The notes: a model not told the origin generated them from the sequence alone. A DNA stretch of 64,000 bases from Waterburya sp. (GCA_051658085.1 JBOFLX010000030.1:32952-96951), one strand, 5' to 3'. Positions 29,695 through 40,022 are shown, counted from the stretch's first letter. Numbers and translations are program-made.

Positions 29695-31119
29695 TTACTC
29701 TGACTGCCAAGTACCATGAAAACTATGGGGAATAACTCCAGGTAAGGCTAGACGACAGATAGGAGAATCAAATAGACGATCGCTCTGATAAATTCTGACT
29801 TCGCTATTATTAGTATTGCCATCGTAGACGACAGTTAATAACCAACCTTTTTCATGATTATCTTGGCTGGGGACTAAAATTGGTTCAGAAGGATAGCAGT
29901 TTGCACCCATATCGGCGATCGCCATATTATTAGTTTGTCGATCAAAACAAGCGATCGCATTAAATAATTCTTGACCTACTTTTACACCGTAGCGATGCAC
30001 ATTTAAATAGGTATAACGCCAATCTTGTCCGATTTTGTAGGACGAAACGATGGGAAATTCTCCTGGAATATCAGATAATTGTTTATTATTAATTACCTTA
30101 GCGGTTTGAGGGTCAATAGTAAGCGACCATAAAGTTCCTTTAGCAGGGGTGTGAGTATAGCCAGAAGCGACTTCTTTAAGATATTGGTTGGTAGCAAAAT
30201 CAGCATAACGGATAAATTCGGTGACAATCTTACCCTCTTCGTTGACACAACCGTTAGCAAAATGCCATTGAAACCAAGGATCGGTTTGACCACGACTAAC
30301 TAAAGAAAGATTCTCTCGCTCAAAAATCAAAATTTCTGTACCAAGACTTGGTTTCCATTCCATCGCCTCACTATAGCTTTTCTTTCCTAACATGATTGGC
30401 GTAAGATTAATTTTCACTGGCGAAACTAAAAAAACTAAATACTGTCCTGCTAAACAAAAATCATGAATTAACGGTAATCCAGATAACGAATAAGTATTTT
30501 GCTGCTGGAGTTTACCTTTTGAGTCACAACGATAAAGACTGAGTGTAGAATTCAACCCAGGACTGACTCCAAAATTAAATATTTCTCCTGTTACAGGATC
30601 AACTTTAGGATGTGCTGAAAAAGGCTGCTTATTGCTCAAACCAGATAAATGATCTAAACCTAAAGTAGCTAAAGTCTCTAAATCCAAACTATGGGGCAAA
30701 CCTCCTTCCCAAAGAGCCAATAGACGGTCTTGTAAAGCCAAAACTGAAGTATTAGCAGCATTTTTTACAGGTTTAAACCAATTTTGCCAAAAAGCCCCCG
30801 CAGCAGTCATACCATAGTTAGGATAAATATAAGCATTAGCAGCTTGTTCAGCTAAATAGCCTTCGGTTTGTACATAGTGATACACTCCTGTAGCTCCAGA
30901 ATCGCTAAAGTTAACTCTTAAAATCGCCCCATCGCCATCAAACCAATGTCCTACTTTTTGCTCTCCTCTAGATAGCCTAGCAGGGCCATTTCGGTATAGT
31001 GTGCCTTTTAAATCTGAAGGAATCGCTCCTGTAATCACAGATAGAGGCGTAGAATCAAATTCCAGGGCAGGTTGAGCGATCGCGCCTACCCAAGCTTTAA
31101 GTTTAGATGCGGTTATCAT
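29695..31119 (-). CDS. carotenoid cleavage oxygenase (RPE65/apocarotenoid oxygenase family)
   Basis: 474 aa; N-terminal LYRNGPAR...GHWFDGDGAI; four conserved His (HPK, IHDF, HF, HSFHGTW) typical of the Fe-His4 site. Confidence 0.8.
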   Translation of the reverse strand: MITASKLKAWVGAIAQPALEFDSTPLSVITGAIPSDLKGTLYRNGPARLSRGEQKVGHWFDGDGAILRVNFSDSGATGVYHYVQTEGYLAEQAANAYIYPNYGMTAAGAFWQNWFKPVKNAANTSVLALQDRLLALWEGGLPHSLDLETLATLGLDHLSGLSNKQPFSAHPKVDPVTGEIFNFGVSPGLNSTLSLYRCDSKGKLQQQNTYSLSGLPLIHDFCLAGQYLVFLVSPVKINLTPIMLGKKSYSEAMEWKPSLGTEILIFERENLSLVSRGQTDPWFQWHFANGCVNEEGKIVTEFIRYADFATNQYLKEVASGYTHTPAKGTLWSLTIDPQTAKVINNKQLSDIPGEFPIVSSYKIGQDWRYTYLNVHRYGVKVGQELFNAIACFDRQTNNMAIADMGANCYPSEPILVPSQDNHEKGWLLTVVYDGNTNNSEVRIYQSDRLFDSPICRLALPGVIPHSFHGTWQSE

Positions 31120-31216
31120 TAGGCTTTTTTTTGGTTATTATTACTATTTACTAGGATAGTTTGTTTGATTTCAGGCGATCGCAAAATCAGAAAATTAATT
31201 TTGAGTAATTAGTTAC

Positions 31217-32785
31217 TTATGTTGGTCGATTAATCCGAATTAATTCGGTCAAAATACTATCCAAACTACCATTAACTTGAAGATGTTCAATCTTTTCAGC
31301 AATTCGCTCTAATACCTCTAATTCTTTCATTCGCAAGGCGATCGGATTATCCTCCATGACTTTGGCAGTATTCAACATACTACGGGTAGCTGCGGTTTCT
31401 TCTCTGCGTCTGACGACGTTTGCTTGAGCAGTTTTTTCTGCTTCTACTACCTTGCTTAAGATGGCTTTAATCTCACCTGGTAAAATAATATCCTTTACCC
31501 CCACAGAATCTACTTCCATACCATAATCTGCGGTTTTGGTGCGAATGTATTCAGCTACAGAGCGATCAATCGCCCCTTTATTTTCTAATAAAGCATCTAA
31601 AGTTTGTTCGCCCACGGCTGCGCGTAAAGCAAACTGTAACTCTTTGTATAAATAACCAGAAACATCTGACAAACTGTTTTTAGCTCTTAGTGGCTCTAGA
31701 ATACGAAAACCAGCTGTCAAATTTAAGCGTAGAGGAACTTTATCTTTTGAGAGAATATCTTGACCCGATATTTCAATATTTTGCAAACGCAAGTCAAAGA
31801 CCTCTGTACTAAAAGAACGTCCAAACAACCACCAAGCGTGTCGTCCTGGCTGAAGTTGAGATTGAAACTCTTGATTTATGTATAATAAGCCCACGTGCTG
31901 TGCAGGTACTTCACAAATATGTAAACTATTGTGACTCAGTAAAAGAACTTCTTGAGAACCTGAAAGCAATTCGGAAACTAAATTAGGAGATAATTTAGCC
32001 TCACTAGCGATCGCGATAACTTCCACTTCAACATCTCGCCAAAACAATTTACGGCTGGTAGGTGGCAAAATAGCAATAACTTTTCCCAAATAGCGGATAA
32101 CTGCTACTTGTTGGCTATTTAATTGTACAATTTCGCAGTACTGGGCTACAAAGTCAGGATGTTTTTCAATTAATATATCTTCGAGGGGAAAATCAGGGTT
32201 AGGTATAATACGGCTAAGAGTTCGCACCGCCACATTGCGATTTACATCCCAAAAGGCATATTCTCCTGATTCAAGAGGGCGAACAAAATTATTTTGAATA
32301 TATAGTAGACCGATTTCGGATTCTGAGATTTGGAATTTTTTTAGTCCATTTAAGTTAATTCCACGTAATTGCTGAACAAACTCAACTGGTAATTCTAAAC
32401 TTGATTCTAAGTTAAAAAGATAAGATTCTACCTCAATAAAACCACGCCAAAAAGCACGCAATTGATTTGGTTCAACGCTTACCCAATTTTGACCACAACG
32501 TACTAAAGAAACTTGATCAAAACCTGTTCGGACAATTAATAAATATTCCTCTAATTCCGTTGCATGGATTCTTAACAACAATTCTAAATTGTCAATTTGA
32601 GCTTCTGGATAGTTGCGATCGCAAGTTACAACTTGCCAATGGCAACCAAAATAAGTGTAAGTTCCTGGTTGTAAAATCTTTTTAAAATCACTGCGATGAT
32701 ATAAAATTCCAATCTCGTTTGGCTTGATATAAAAATTTTTCCACATAGAAATTTTAGAAATTTGTAGAGATAACTTGGGCAACAT
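31217..32785 (-). CDS. SPFH/band-7 domain protein with triplicated N-terminal beta-sandwich repeats
   Basis: 522 aa; three repeats (IGILYHRS..LQPGTYTYF / IGLLYIQNNF..LESGEYAFW / VGLLYINQEF..LQPGRHAWW) then SPFH helical region. Confidence 0.6.
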   Translation of the reverse strand: MLPKLSLQISKISMWKNFYIKPNEIGILYHRSDFKKILQPGTYTYFGCHWQVVTCDRNYPEAQIDNLELLLRIHATELEEYLLIVRTGFDQVSLVRCGQNWVSVEPNQLRAFWRGFIEVESYLFNLESSLELPVEFVQQLRGINLNGLKKFQISESEIGLLYIQNNFVRPLESGEYAFWDVNRNVAVRTLSRIIPNPDFPLEDILIEKHPDFVAQYCEIVQLNSQQVAVIRYLGKVIAILPPTSRKLFWRDVEVEVIAIASEAKLSPNLVSELLSGSQEVLLLSHNSLHICEVPAQHVGLLYINQEFQSQLQPGRHAWWLFGRSFSTEVFDLRLQNIEISGQDILSKDKVPLRLNLTAGFRILEPLRAKNSLSDVSGYLYKELQFALRAAVGEQTLDALLENKGAIDRSVAEYIRTKTADYGMEVDSVGVKDIILPGEIKAILSKVVEAEKTAQANVVRRREETAATRSMLNTAKVMEDNPIALRMKELEVLERIAEKIEHLQVNGSLDSILTELIRINRPT

Positions 32786-32789
32786 TTGA

Positions 32790-32820
32790 ATTAAGTAATA
32801 GGTAATAAGTAATAAGTAAT
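32790..32820. repeat. heptamer array (GTAATAA/GTAATAG)
   Basis: taagtaataggtaataagtaataagtaat. Confidence 0.6.
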
Positions 32821-33239
32821 TTTAAATATTTTTTTACTCTGTCAATACAGGGTTTACAATTCCAATGCGGGCAGAAGCTTCTCCAAAACTGGATTAAGAA
32901 TAGATGTAATTTACTTAAAACTACACCCAAGAATTTAATTTAGGAGTTTCCTCCGTTCATTGCCTTCTTGAGCGATCATTTAAAAGCAATAAAACAGCCT
33001 TCAAATATGGCGTTCAGTTTACTGTCTCCAGAATCTCAGTAGAGAAAAGGATCTGGCAAACGAAGGACATACTCAAGTTAGGGAGAGATACAGTTGCTCT
33101 AGCTTCGTAACTGCTAAAAACACCCGTATGACAGAGTAACTACAAAACCAAATTAAATTTTGACAATCAAACCTTTCGATTCTACTATCAAGTTGCTTTG
33201 TCCCTAACAAAGTGCCTTTTACCCCAGGCTAGGGTTTTG

Positions 33240-33312
33240 TGAAAAGTACAGGAATCGAACCTATTACCAATCGATTATGAGTCGTTCGCTCTACCAATTG
33301 AGCTAACTTTTG
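33240..33312 (-). tRNA. tRNA-like gene with CAT anticodon (Met/Ile2-type) carrying C1xC72 and A28xA42 mismatches; possible pseudogene
   Basis: hand-folded reverse complement: CAAAAGT-TA-GCTC-AATTGGTA-GAGC-G-AACGA-CTCATAA-TCGAT-TGGTA-ATAGG-TTCGATT-CCTGT-ACTTTTC-A. Confidence 0.5.
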
Positions 33313-33314
33313 GG

Positions 33315-33387
33315 AGTTTGATACAGGATTTGAACCTATGACAGATCGACGATACACCGATCCGCTCTACCACTGAGCTAATCAAAC
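33315..33387 (-). tRNA. tRNA-like gene with atypical 9-nt anticodon loop (GTGTATCGT); isotype undetermined, possible pseudogene
   Basis: hand-folded: GTTTGAT-TA-GCTC-AGTGGTA-GAGC-G-GATCG-GTGTATCGT-CGATC-TGTC-ATAGG-TTCAAAT-CCTGT-ATCAAAC-T; perfect acceptor, D and T arms; lies 2 nt from the other tRNA-like gene. Confidence 0.45.
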
Positions 33388-33539
33388 GATGAAATAGTAT
33401 TCAAGTACTCGGTGGTATACACTCATACTAGAAGCAGGCGCACCAGTTAGGTATACAGAACCTAAACTATAACTTTGTAATCTCAATTACTAAATCTTAT
33501 CTAGAGTAACATAGAGGAATCTAAATTGTATTTTTGTTT

Positions 33540-34117
33540 AATTCGTTCTACCGATTTTAGGAATTCTCGACCTTTTTCGGGATTAATCATGGCTACGTAA
33601 TTAGCAAAACCAGCGATCGCAGCCATTAAATTCGGTGAATTTCCCCATTTTTTGCCAGATAATCCTTTTTAATAGTACAAATTAACCCAAGAAGTGTCGC
33701 TACTGCTTCTGAATATCCCAAACTAAGAAATAATTCTTGAACGTGTTTGTAGGAGATTGATTGGAAAAAATTTTGTAAATCAAGTTTAATGATTATATCT
33801 GCGCCGACATGGGGTTGAGCATTAGTGATGATCGAGCGATCGCGACGAAACCCGTGTGCTGCCTCGTGTACTTCTAGCTTATGCAAAATATTCTTGAGAA
33901 TATATATTTGAGCAGCCTTAAGATATGGCATTGGTGCATAAATTGTTCTTTGTTCGCCCGTCTTTTTGGAAATTTGAAAGCGAAAATAATGAATAAGAGG
34001 AAAGGTAAGCGGTTTAAAAGCTAACCAACGTAGTTGTTCGACACTGATATTCATTAATAAGGCTAATTCTGCTTCAGTGTTATATATTGGTAGTCTTTTG
34101 GAGGACAATGTTGTCAC
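33540..34117 (-). pseudogene. retron-type reverse transcriptase remnant (truncated after RT motif 2, similarity continues out of frame)
   Basis: 163-aa ORF YFRFQISKKTGEQRTIYAPMPYLKAAQIYILKNIL...AHGF...LDLQNFFQSI matches retron/Abi-type RT N-terminal motifs; catalytic YxDD region absent in frame; hand translation of reverse complement 33540-33625 gives an RT-like continuation in another frame. Confidence 0.55.
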
Positions 34118-34162
34118 TTCTCGTAAAATTTTAAATTAAGTAAATTAACTGAAATATACATA

Positions 34163-34193
34163 AGTTGATCGATGTAAATATACTAATTTTGCT
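34163..34193. repeat. direct repeat copy 1 (agttgatcgatgtaaatatactaattttgct)
   Basis: near-identical copy at 35154-35187; the pair brackets the Rpn remnant and about 1 kb of non-coding debris. Confidence 0.6.
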
Positions 34194-34458
34194 AATTAGC
34201 AGTATTGAGCCAAGTTTGAAGATCTTCAAGAGTTTGAAAATCAAGTAAATCTTCAGTTAAAGAGTCTAATTGAGAAGATTCTAAAGATTTAATTTGAAAA
34301 GCAAGATCTTCAGGGAGATTACCAAGCTTACGGTTGAGTTGACGTAGGATAGTAGCCACTTGACCCTCTTTTTGTCCTTCTTCTCGTCCTTTAACGATCC
34401 CTTTTTGTTCCCAGCTAGTAGTAATTTCCATAATTTGCTCTTGTTCCTGTAATTCCAT
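34192..34458 (-). pseudogene. remnant of Rpn-family (PD-(D/E)XK) recombination-promoting nuclease/transposase; only the C-terminal DUF4351 part survives
   Basis: 88 aa: WEQKGIVKGREEGQKEGQVATILRQLNRKLGNLPEDLAFQIKSLESSQLDSLTEDLLDF matches the conserved C-terminal tail of cyanobacterial Rpn/transposase_31 proteins; no nuclease domain upstream. Confidence 0.55.
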
Positions 34459-34760
34459 TGTACTTAATTGATTCTGGAAAATTTGCTCTTCATCTGAACT
34501 GAGATTGAGATAAGGGAGAGAAAGAATAAGTCGAGAAACTCAATAAAAAAGGTGGTCAGTAATTCTTTAAATAATCGATCATGGTTAATCTTAGTCATAT
34601 ATCAAGTTTTCTCAACCACAACCCATTCTACATAGAAGAGCTTTTAAATACTCATTTTTGATTTAATCATTGGCGATCGCACTACCAGATCGCTCTTTTA
34701 CGAACTTAATTCACTGCAATCAGCAATAGATTTATTGATGTTGGGTTTCACTCCGTTCTA

Positions 34761-34812
34761 CTCAACCTACAGATCGGCGATCGCACTCAACCTACAGATC
34801 GGCGATCGCACT
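34761..34812. repeat. tandem direct repeat 2 x ~26 bp containing HIP1 (ctcaacctacagatcggcgatcgcact)
   Basis: seen directly. Confidence 0.7.
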
Positions 34813-35153
34813 TTATTTCAAGAATTGTGAGCCATCAATTATTTATAACTATGCAGCTAACATCAACTGATTTAATTCATTTTGAAAACTTTCCAAGCCA
34901 ATTGAATTCATAGAAGAAGTGCTATCACCATTAGTAAGTTTTTCAATTTTTGAAATTGTTTTTTCAAAAGGACTTAACCATTTCAAAGGATCTCCATCAG
35001 GAGACTTTCTTACACCAGTAGCTATTTCATAAGCAAATTCATTTTATTTTATGAGAAGTGCGATCGCGCTTTCGTAGGGTGGGCAAACTGCTAAGATCAT
35101 CAAAAAGCGTTTCAGGAAAAATAATTTGCCCACCAAAAAGACAATCAGAAATG

Positions 35154-35187
35154 AGTTGATCGATGTAAATATACAACTAATTTTGCT
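35154..35187. repeat. direct repeat copy 2 (agttgatcgatgtaaatatacaactaattttgct)
   Basis: matches 34163-34193 apart from a 3-nt insertion. Confidence 0.6.
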
Positions 35188-35451
35188 TACTCATTTAATG
35201 TAGTAATAGAGACGATAAATAGGGCGATCGCCCTTAATAGTATTGTAGTTGGTATGAGCATTTTTTAGTACTAATGTACGATAATTAAGCCATTCAGATA
35301 CCTTTATCATTAACTTCTTTTTGCTTTTTGATAACTAATTCAAGATGAATAGACCAACAGACAACGATATACTAGGCAATGATAGGCGATAAAAATCGTA
35401 TAAGCTCGAAAGATTGTTTGAGATTAGCTTAATCCCATACCATATATAAAT

Positions 35452-36570
35452 ATGAACTCAGGAATCGATTTACAAGGAACTTTTATCCAAACTCTACAAG
35501 ACTTTGGGCTTTCCGCTGGTTTGGCTAAAGCCATTTGGCTACCATTACCGATGATATTAATGATTATTGGTGCAACTGTCGGGGTTTTGGTAGTTGTGTG
35601 GCTTGAGCGTAAAATTTCCGCTGCTGCCCAACAGCGTATTGGCCCAGAATATGCAGGGCCGTTAGGTGTTTTACAACCCGTAGCCGACGGGATTAAATTA
35701 GTTTTCAAGGAAGATATCATCCCTGCTAAAGCTGATCCGTGGCTCTTTACTTTGGGCCCTGTTTTGGTAGTTATCCCCGTCTTTTTATCTTTTCTAATTG
35801 TTCCTTTTGGACAAAATTTAGTGATTACCGATCTTAATGTCGGTATTTTTATTTGGATTTCTTTATCTAGTATTGCTCCCATTGGTTTGTTGATGGCTGG
35901 TTATGCCTCTAATAATAAATATGCTCTCTTGGGTGGATTAAGAGCAGCAGCCCAGTCCATTAGTTATGAAATTCCTTTAGCTTTGTCAGTACTGGCGATC
36001 GCCATGATGTCGAATAGTCTCAGCACAGTCGATATTGTGAATCAACAGTCTGGATACGGAATCTTAGGCTGGAATATCTGGAGACAACCCGTAGGCTTTA
36101 TTATCTTTTGGATTGCAGCCTTAGCTGAGTGTGAACGTTTACCCTTCGATTTACCCGAAGCAGAAGAAGAACTTGTAGCAGGTTATCAAACTGAATATTC
36201 AGGGATGAAATTTGCCCTATTTTATCTTGGCTCTTATGTCAATTTGGTACTATCCGCCTTAGTTTTTGCCGTCCTGTATCTAGGAGGTTGGGAATTCTTT
36301 GTACCTTTAGATCGTTTAGCAGATTGGCTGGGTGTCGCTGAAACTACTCCTTGGCTACAAATATTAACTGCTTCTTTGGGTATTATCATGACCCTAGTTA
36401 AAGCCTACTTTTTAGTCTTTATCGCTATTTTGTTGCGCTGGACTGTACCCCGTGTACGCATTGACCAATTGTTAGATTTAGGTTGGAAATTTCTCTTACC
36501 CGTTTCCCTAGCAAATCTTTTGATTACTGCTGCTTTAAAATTGTCATTCCCGATGGCATTTGGTGGCTAA
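35452..36570 (+). CDS. ndhA: NAD(P)H-quinone oxidoreductase subunit 1 (NuoH homologue)
   Basis: 372 aa polytopic membrane protein; [23 protein letters not shown] signature. Confidence 0.9.
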   Translation: MNSGIDLQGTFIQTLQDFGLSAGLAKAIWLPLPMILMIIGATVGVLVVVWLERKISAAAQQRIGPEYAGPLGVLQPVADGIKLVFKEDIIPAKADPWLFTLGPVLVVIPVFLSFLIVPFGQNLVITDLNVGIFIWISLSSIAPIGLLMAGYASNNKYALLGGLRAAAQSISYEIPLALSVLAIAMMSNSLSTVDIVNQQSGYGILGWNIWRQPVGFIIFWIAALAECERLPFDLPEAEEELVAGYQTEYSGMKFALFYLGSYVNLVLSALVFAVLYLGGWEFFVPLDRLADWLGVAETTPWLQILTASLGIIMTLVKAYFLVFIAILLRWTVPRVRIDQLLDLGWKFLLPVSLANLLITAALKLSFPMAFGG

Positions 36571-36609
36571 TAGCTAATAACATAAAAATAATTAAGCAGA
36601 GCAAAGATT

Positions 36610-37224
36610 ATGTTTAGTATTCTCAAACAAGTACAGGACTATGCCAAAGAAAGTTGGCAAGCAGCAAAGTATATCGGTCAAGGTCTATCCGTCACCTTCG
36701 ATCATATGCAGCGTCGTCCCATTACTGTTCAATACCCCTATGAAAAATTAGTTCCTTCTGAACGTTATCGCGGTAGAATCCACTTTGAATTTGATAAGTG
36801 TATCGCCTGTGAAGTTTGTGTTCGTGTCTGCCCGATTAACTTACCTGTAGTTGATTGGGAATTTGACAAACAAGCGAAAAAGAAAAAACTTAATCACTAT
36901 AGCATCGACTTTGGAGTCTGTATCTTCTGTGGCAATTGTGTAGAATATTGTCCTACAAACTGTCTTTCAATGACTGAAGAGTATGAAATGGCTTCCTATG
37001 ATCGCCACGAGCTTAATTACGATAACGTCGCTTTAGGTCGTCTGCCCTACAAGGTAACTCAAGATCCAATGGTAACTCCTCTCAAGGAATTTGCTTATTT
37101 GCCCAAGGGAGAAGTTGAACCTCATGGTTTACCACCAGGAGCGCAACGCGCTGGTAAACGACCTGAAGAGATTGTACAGGAACTTGAAGCAGCTAAACCT
37201 AAAGAAGAAGTAGCAAGCGAATAA
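36610..37224 (+). CDS. ndhI: NAD(P)H-quinone oxidoreductase subunit I (2x[4Fe-4S] ferredoxin-type)
   Basis: [12 protein letters not shown] and [12 protein letters not shown] motifs; acidic C-terminal extension. Confidence 0.9.
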   Translation: MFSILKQVQDYAKESWQAAKYIGQGLSVTFDHMQRRPITVQYPYEKLVPSERYRGRIHFEFDKCIACEVCVRVCPINLPVVDWEFDKQAKKKKLNHYSIDFGVCIFCGNCVEYCPTNCLSMTEEYEMASYDRHELNYDNVALGRLPYKVTQDPMVTPLKEFAYLPKGEVEPHGLPPGAQRAGKRPEEIVQELEAAKPKEEVASE

Positions 37225-37263
37225 TCAAGCAAATAATCAATAATTTGAGAGAGGAAAAAAACA

Positions 37264-37881
37264 GTGAATTTAGCTGAAGGAGTACAGATAGTTTCTTTTG
37301 GCATCTTAGCAGTAATGATGCTTGGGACAGCTTTGGGAGTTGTTCTATTACCAAACATTGTTCATTCTGCTTTTTTGTTGGCAGGGGTATTTATTAGTAT
37401 TGCTGGTTTATATATTCTGCTGAATGCAGATTTTGTCGCTGCTGCCCAAATCTTAGTCTATGTGGGTGCGGTTAATGTGCTAATTTTATTTGCTATTATG
37501 CTGGTGAATAAGCAAGAAAATTATGCTGAACTACCTGGTCGTTTAGTGCGTAAAGTAGCCACAGCAGTAGTTTGTTTCGGTCTGTTTGCCCTTTTGGGAA
37601 CAATGGTTTTGATCACACCTTGGTCATTAGATACTATTCCCACAGTAATTGACAACACTATAGTCACTTTAGGCGAACATTTCTTTAGCGATTATTTGCT
37701 ACCTTTTGAATTAGCTTCAGTGTTACTTCTCATGGCAATGGTAGGTGCAATTATCCTAGCTCGTCGCGATTTTATTCCTGAATCTTTAGCTAGTCGAGAA
37801 ACCGTCAGCACTAGTCTAACTCTACCCGAACGTCCAAGAGAATTAGCTACTCTAACTACTAAAAACCCTGAGCAGGATTAA
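37264..37881 (+). CDS. ndhG: NAD(P)H-quinone oxidoreductase subunit 6 (NuoJ homologue), GTG start
   Basis: 205 aa membrane protein; conserved YVGAVNVLILFAIM. Confidence 0.85.
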   Translation: MNLAEGVQIVSFGILAVMMLGTALGVVLLPNIVHSAFLLAGVFISIAGLYILLNADFVAAAQILVYVGAVNVLILFAIMLVNKQENYAELPGRLVRKVATAVVCFGLFALLGTMVLITPWSLDTIPTVIDNTIVTLGEHFFSDYLLPFELASVLLLMAMVGAIILARRDFIPESLASRETVSTSLTLPERPRELATLTTKNPEQD

Positions 37882-37909
37882 CACATACAATTAATAACAG
37901 GAGTGACAA

Positions 37910-38215
37910 GTGCAATTAGAATATTTTTTGCTGTTAGCAGCAGCTTTATTTTGCATCGGTATTTATGGTCTAATTACCAGTCGTAATGCCGTCAGAGTTT
38001 TAATGTCTATTGAATTAATGCTCAATGCTGTAAATCTTAATTTAGTCGGATTTTCTAATTTTCTAGATTCCAGCAATATTAAAGGGCAAGTGTTTACAGT
38101 CTTTGTAATTACAGTGGCAGCAGCCGAAGCAGCCGTGGGTTTAGCAATTGTCTTGGCTATTTATCGTAACCGCCAGACTATCGATATGGAACAGTTCAAT
38201 TTACTTAAGTGGTAA
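37910..38215 (+). CDS. ndhE: NAD(P)H-quinone oxidoreductase subunit 4L (NuoK homologue), GTG start
   Basis: 101 aa, three TM helices; [13 protein letters not shown] signature. Confidence 0.85.
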   Translation: MQLEYFLLLAAALFCIGIYGLITSRNAVRVLMSIELMLNAVNLNLVGFSNFLDSSNIKGQVFTVFVITVAAAEAAVGLAIVLAIYRNRQTIDMEQFNLLKW

Positions 38216-38391
38216 GAGAACAACAAATTAGTATACTTGACCTAACTTATTTGTCATTAGTCGTTAGTCTTATCTTTTTATTAGTGATTAGTCATTGGTA
38301 TAATTTTTCGGCAATGACAAATAATTCCTGATCAAAGAAGACGAAACGACATTTTTGAGCTTTAATCGTATCCATACTGCACTCAATTAGT

Positions 38392-39645
38392 ATGGATAAT
38401 ATGAAGTTATCAAAAAAAATCAAATTAGCAGTAATTTTTATCACTGCGATCGCTTTAAGCACCATTACATCTCCAATTTTTGCTCAAGTCACCGAAGAAC
38501 CTATTCCCGAAACTCAGTTAGTAGCAGTGACAGTTCCCGCAGGGGCAATTGGCTATAATCTGGCAGTAGTTGAACAAATTCCTGGTCAAAAACAATGTTG
38601 GAGTGAAAGTGGCTCACAACCAACTGTTATCGAGCCTCTCTGGACAACTTTTGACTTTACAGGTAGTTGCCGTCGTTCTACTGATAGTAATGGCTATTCT
38701 GTACGTCTTGATGGGCAAGATACCAGCTTAGATTATTTACTAACTATTATTCCCAAGGGCAATGGACTTCAGCTAGTTGGTCAAAACCGCAACGATAATT
38801 CTAAAGTAGTTATTGGTCAAACTTTTGGTCAGGCAGAAGGCAAATATCTCAAAATTTATCTCAATCCAGGTTGGAAATTCACCAGAAAAACTATTGGTGG
38901 TCAAGCCCAAGGTCATTACTACTTTAGCGGAAATTCCCAGGCGATCGCTGCTGGGGGAAATGCTGCTCCTCCTGCTCCTCCCAAAGCTGCTGCTAGCTTT
39001 TCTGATATAGGCACAGATATCTATAAAAACGAAATTGAAGAAGCTGTTGCTCTAGGTTTTATTGCAGGTTATAAAGATAAAACTTTTCGTCCGACTGAAC
39101 CTTTAACCAGAGAACAGTTAGTTTCGATGGTTTATGGAGCTTTAGACATCATTGACACTTTACCAGTCCAAGTTCCTTCTGTGCCAACTCAACCTTATCC
39201 TGATGTTCAATCTTCCCGTTGGAGTGCTAATAAAATTCAATGGGCAAAAGAAAATCAAATTGTGAAGGGCTATCCTGATGGTTCGTTTAAACCAGATAAA
39301 CCTGTCACCAGAGCAGAGTTAACTGCCGTATTAGAGAATGCAGCCAAATTTGCCAATACTAAACAAGGTAAACAAGCACAATTAGTAACTAACAAACAAC
39401 CAGTTGCTTTTGCTGATACTGCTAAACACTGGGGAGCAGAAACAATTAAAACTATGTCAGCATATTGTAGCGTGGCTTCTCCATACCAAGAAACAGGCAA
39501 TGCTTTTAACCCTGATAAACCTGCCGAAAGGGATTATGCAGCAGCAGCAACCCTTAGAACTCATGATTGTCTAACAGGAGACAAAAAAACAGAACCGCAA
39601 GCAGGAGCGCAAACAGAGATGCCAGCAGAGATGCCGAAAAAATAA
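38392..39645 (+). CDS. DUF3747-like N-terminal domain protein with two S-layer-homology (SLH) domains
   Basis: 417 aa; signal peptide; SLH motifs FSDIGTDIY...GFIAGYKDKTFRPTEPLTREQLVSMV and KGYPDGSFKPDKPVTRAELTAVL. Confidence 0.6.
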   Translation: MDNMKLSKKIKLAVIFITAIALSTITSPIFAQVTEEPIPETQLVAVTVPAGAIGYNLAVVEQIPGQKQCWSESGSQPTVIEPLWTTFDFTGSCRRSTDSNGYSVRLDGQDTSLDYLLTIIPKGNGLQLVGQNRNDNSKVVIGQTFGQAEGKYLKIYLNPGWKFTRKTIGGQAQGHYYFSGNSQAIAAGGNAAPPAPPKAAASFSDIGTDIYKNEIEEAVALGFIAGYKDKTFRPTEPLTREQLVSMVYGALDIIDTLPVQVPSVPTQPYPDVQSSRWSANKIQWAKENQIVKGYPDGSFKPDKPVTRAELTAVLENAAKFANTKQGKQAQLVTNKQPVAFADTAKHWGAETIKTMSAYCSVASPYQETGNAFNPDKPAERDYAAAATLRTHDCLTGDKKTEPQAGAQTEMPAEMPKK

Positions 39646-39669
39646 TTAATAAATAATTGATTAATTTAA

Positions 39670-39699
39670 AAGTCCTCTACAATTGAGGGCTTTTTTTTT
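39670..39699 (+). terminator. rho-independent terminator after the SLH gene
   Basis: aGTCCTCtacaattGAGGGCt hairpin (7-bp stem with one G-U) followed by T9. Confidence 0.55.
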
Positions 39700-39885
39700 C
39701 CGTAAACAGTATTTACCTGAGTTTGATATTTTTTGGTTGTCATAAAGATGAACTTGTTGCAGTTTACACTTTATATTTAACAAAAACCAAGTAAGGTAGA
39801 CAAACGTTAAAAATCAGAAACTATCCAATAGACCTAGCTTGAAAATAAACAAGAAAAGAAAATGAAACTAACTCTAAGCTAAAGC

Positions 39886-40022
39886 ACATTTAAATTGCAT
39901 ACTATTCTCTTAAAAAATCAGGTTAAAACCCTTATCTTGACTCCTGACTTCTGTACGTCGCCAAACTTACGGCTCCCCTACCTGACTCCTGACTCAACCA
40001 GTAACTTAAATGCGTAACAGCT
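39886..40022 (+). mobile_element. MITE-like element copy D (~137 bp, both termini)
   Basis: aagctaaagcacatttaaattgcat...ctgactcctgacttctgtacgtcgccaaacttacggctcccctacctgactcc...cttaaatgcgtaacagctta. Confidence 0.75.

Noticed and set aside
33240-33387. tRNA-like pair as pieces of a permuted tmRNA (ssrA)
   Set aside because: Each unit has its own complete D-arm, anticodon arm and T-arm. No tag-peptide reading frame ending in ...ALAA and no pseudoknot-rich region were found nearby.
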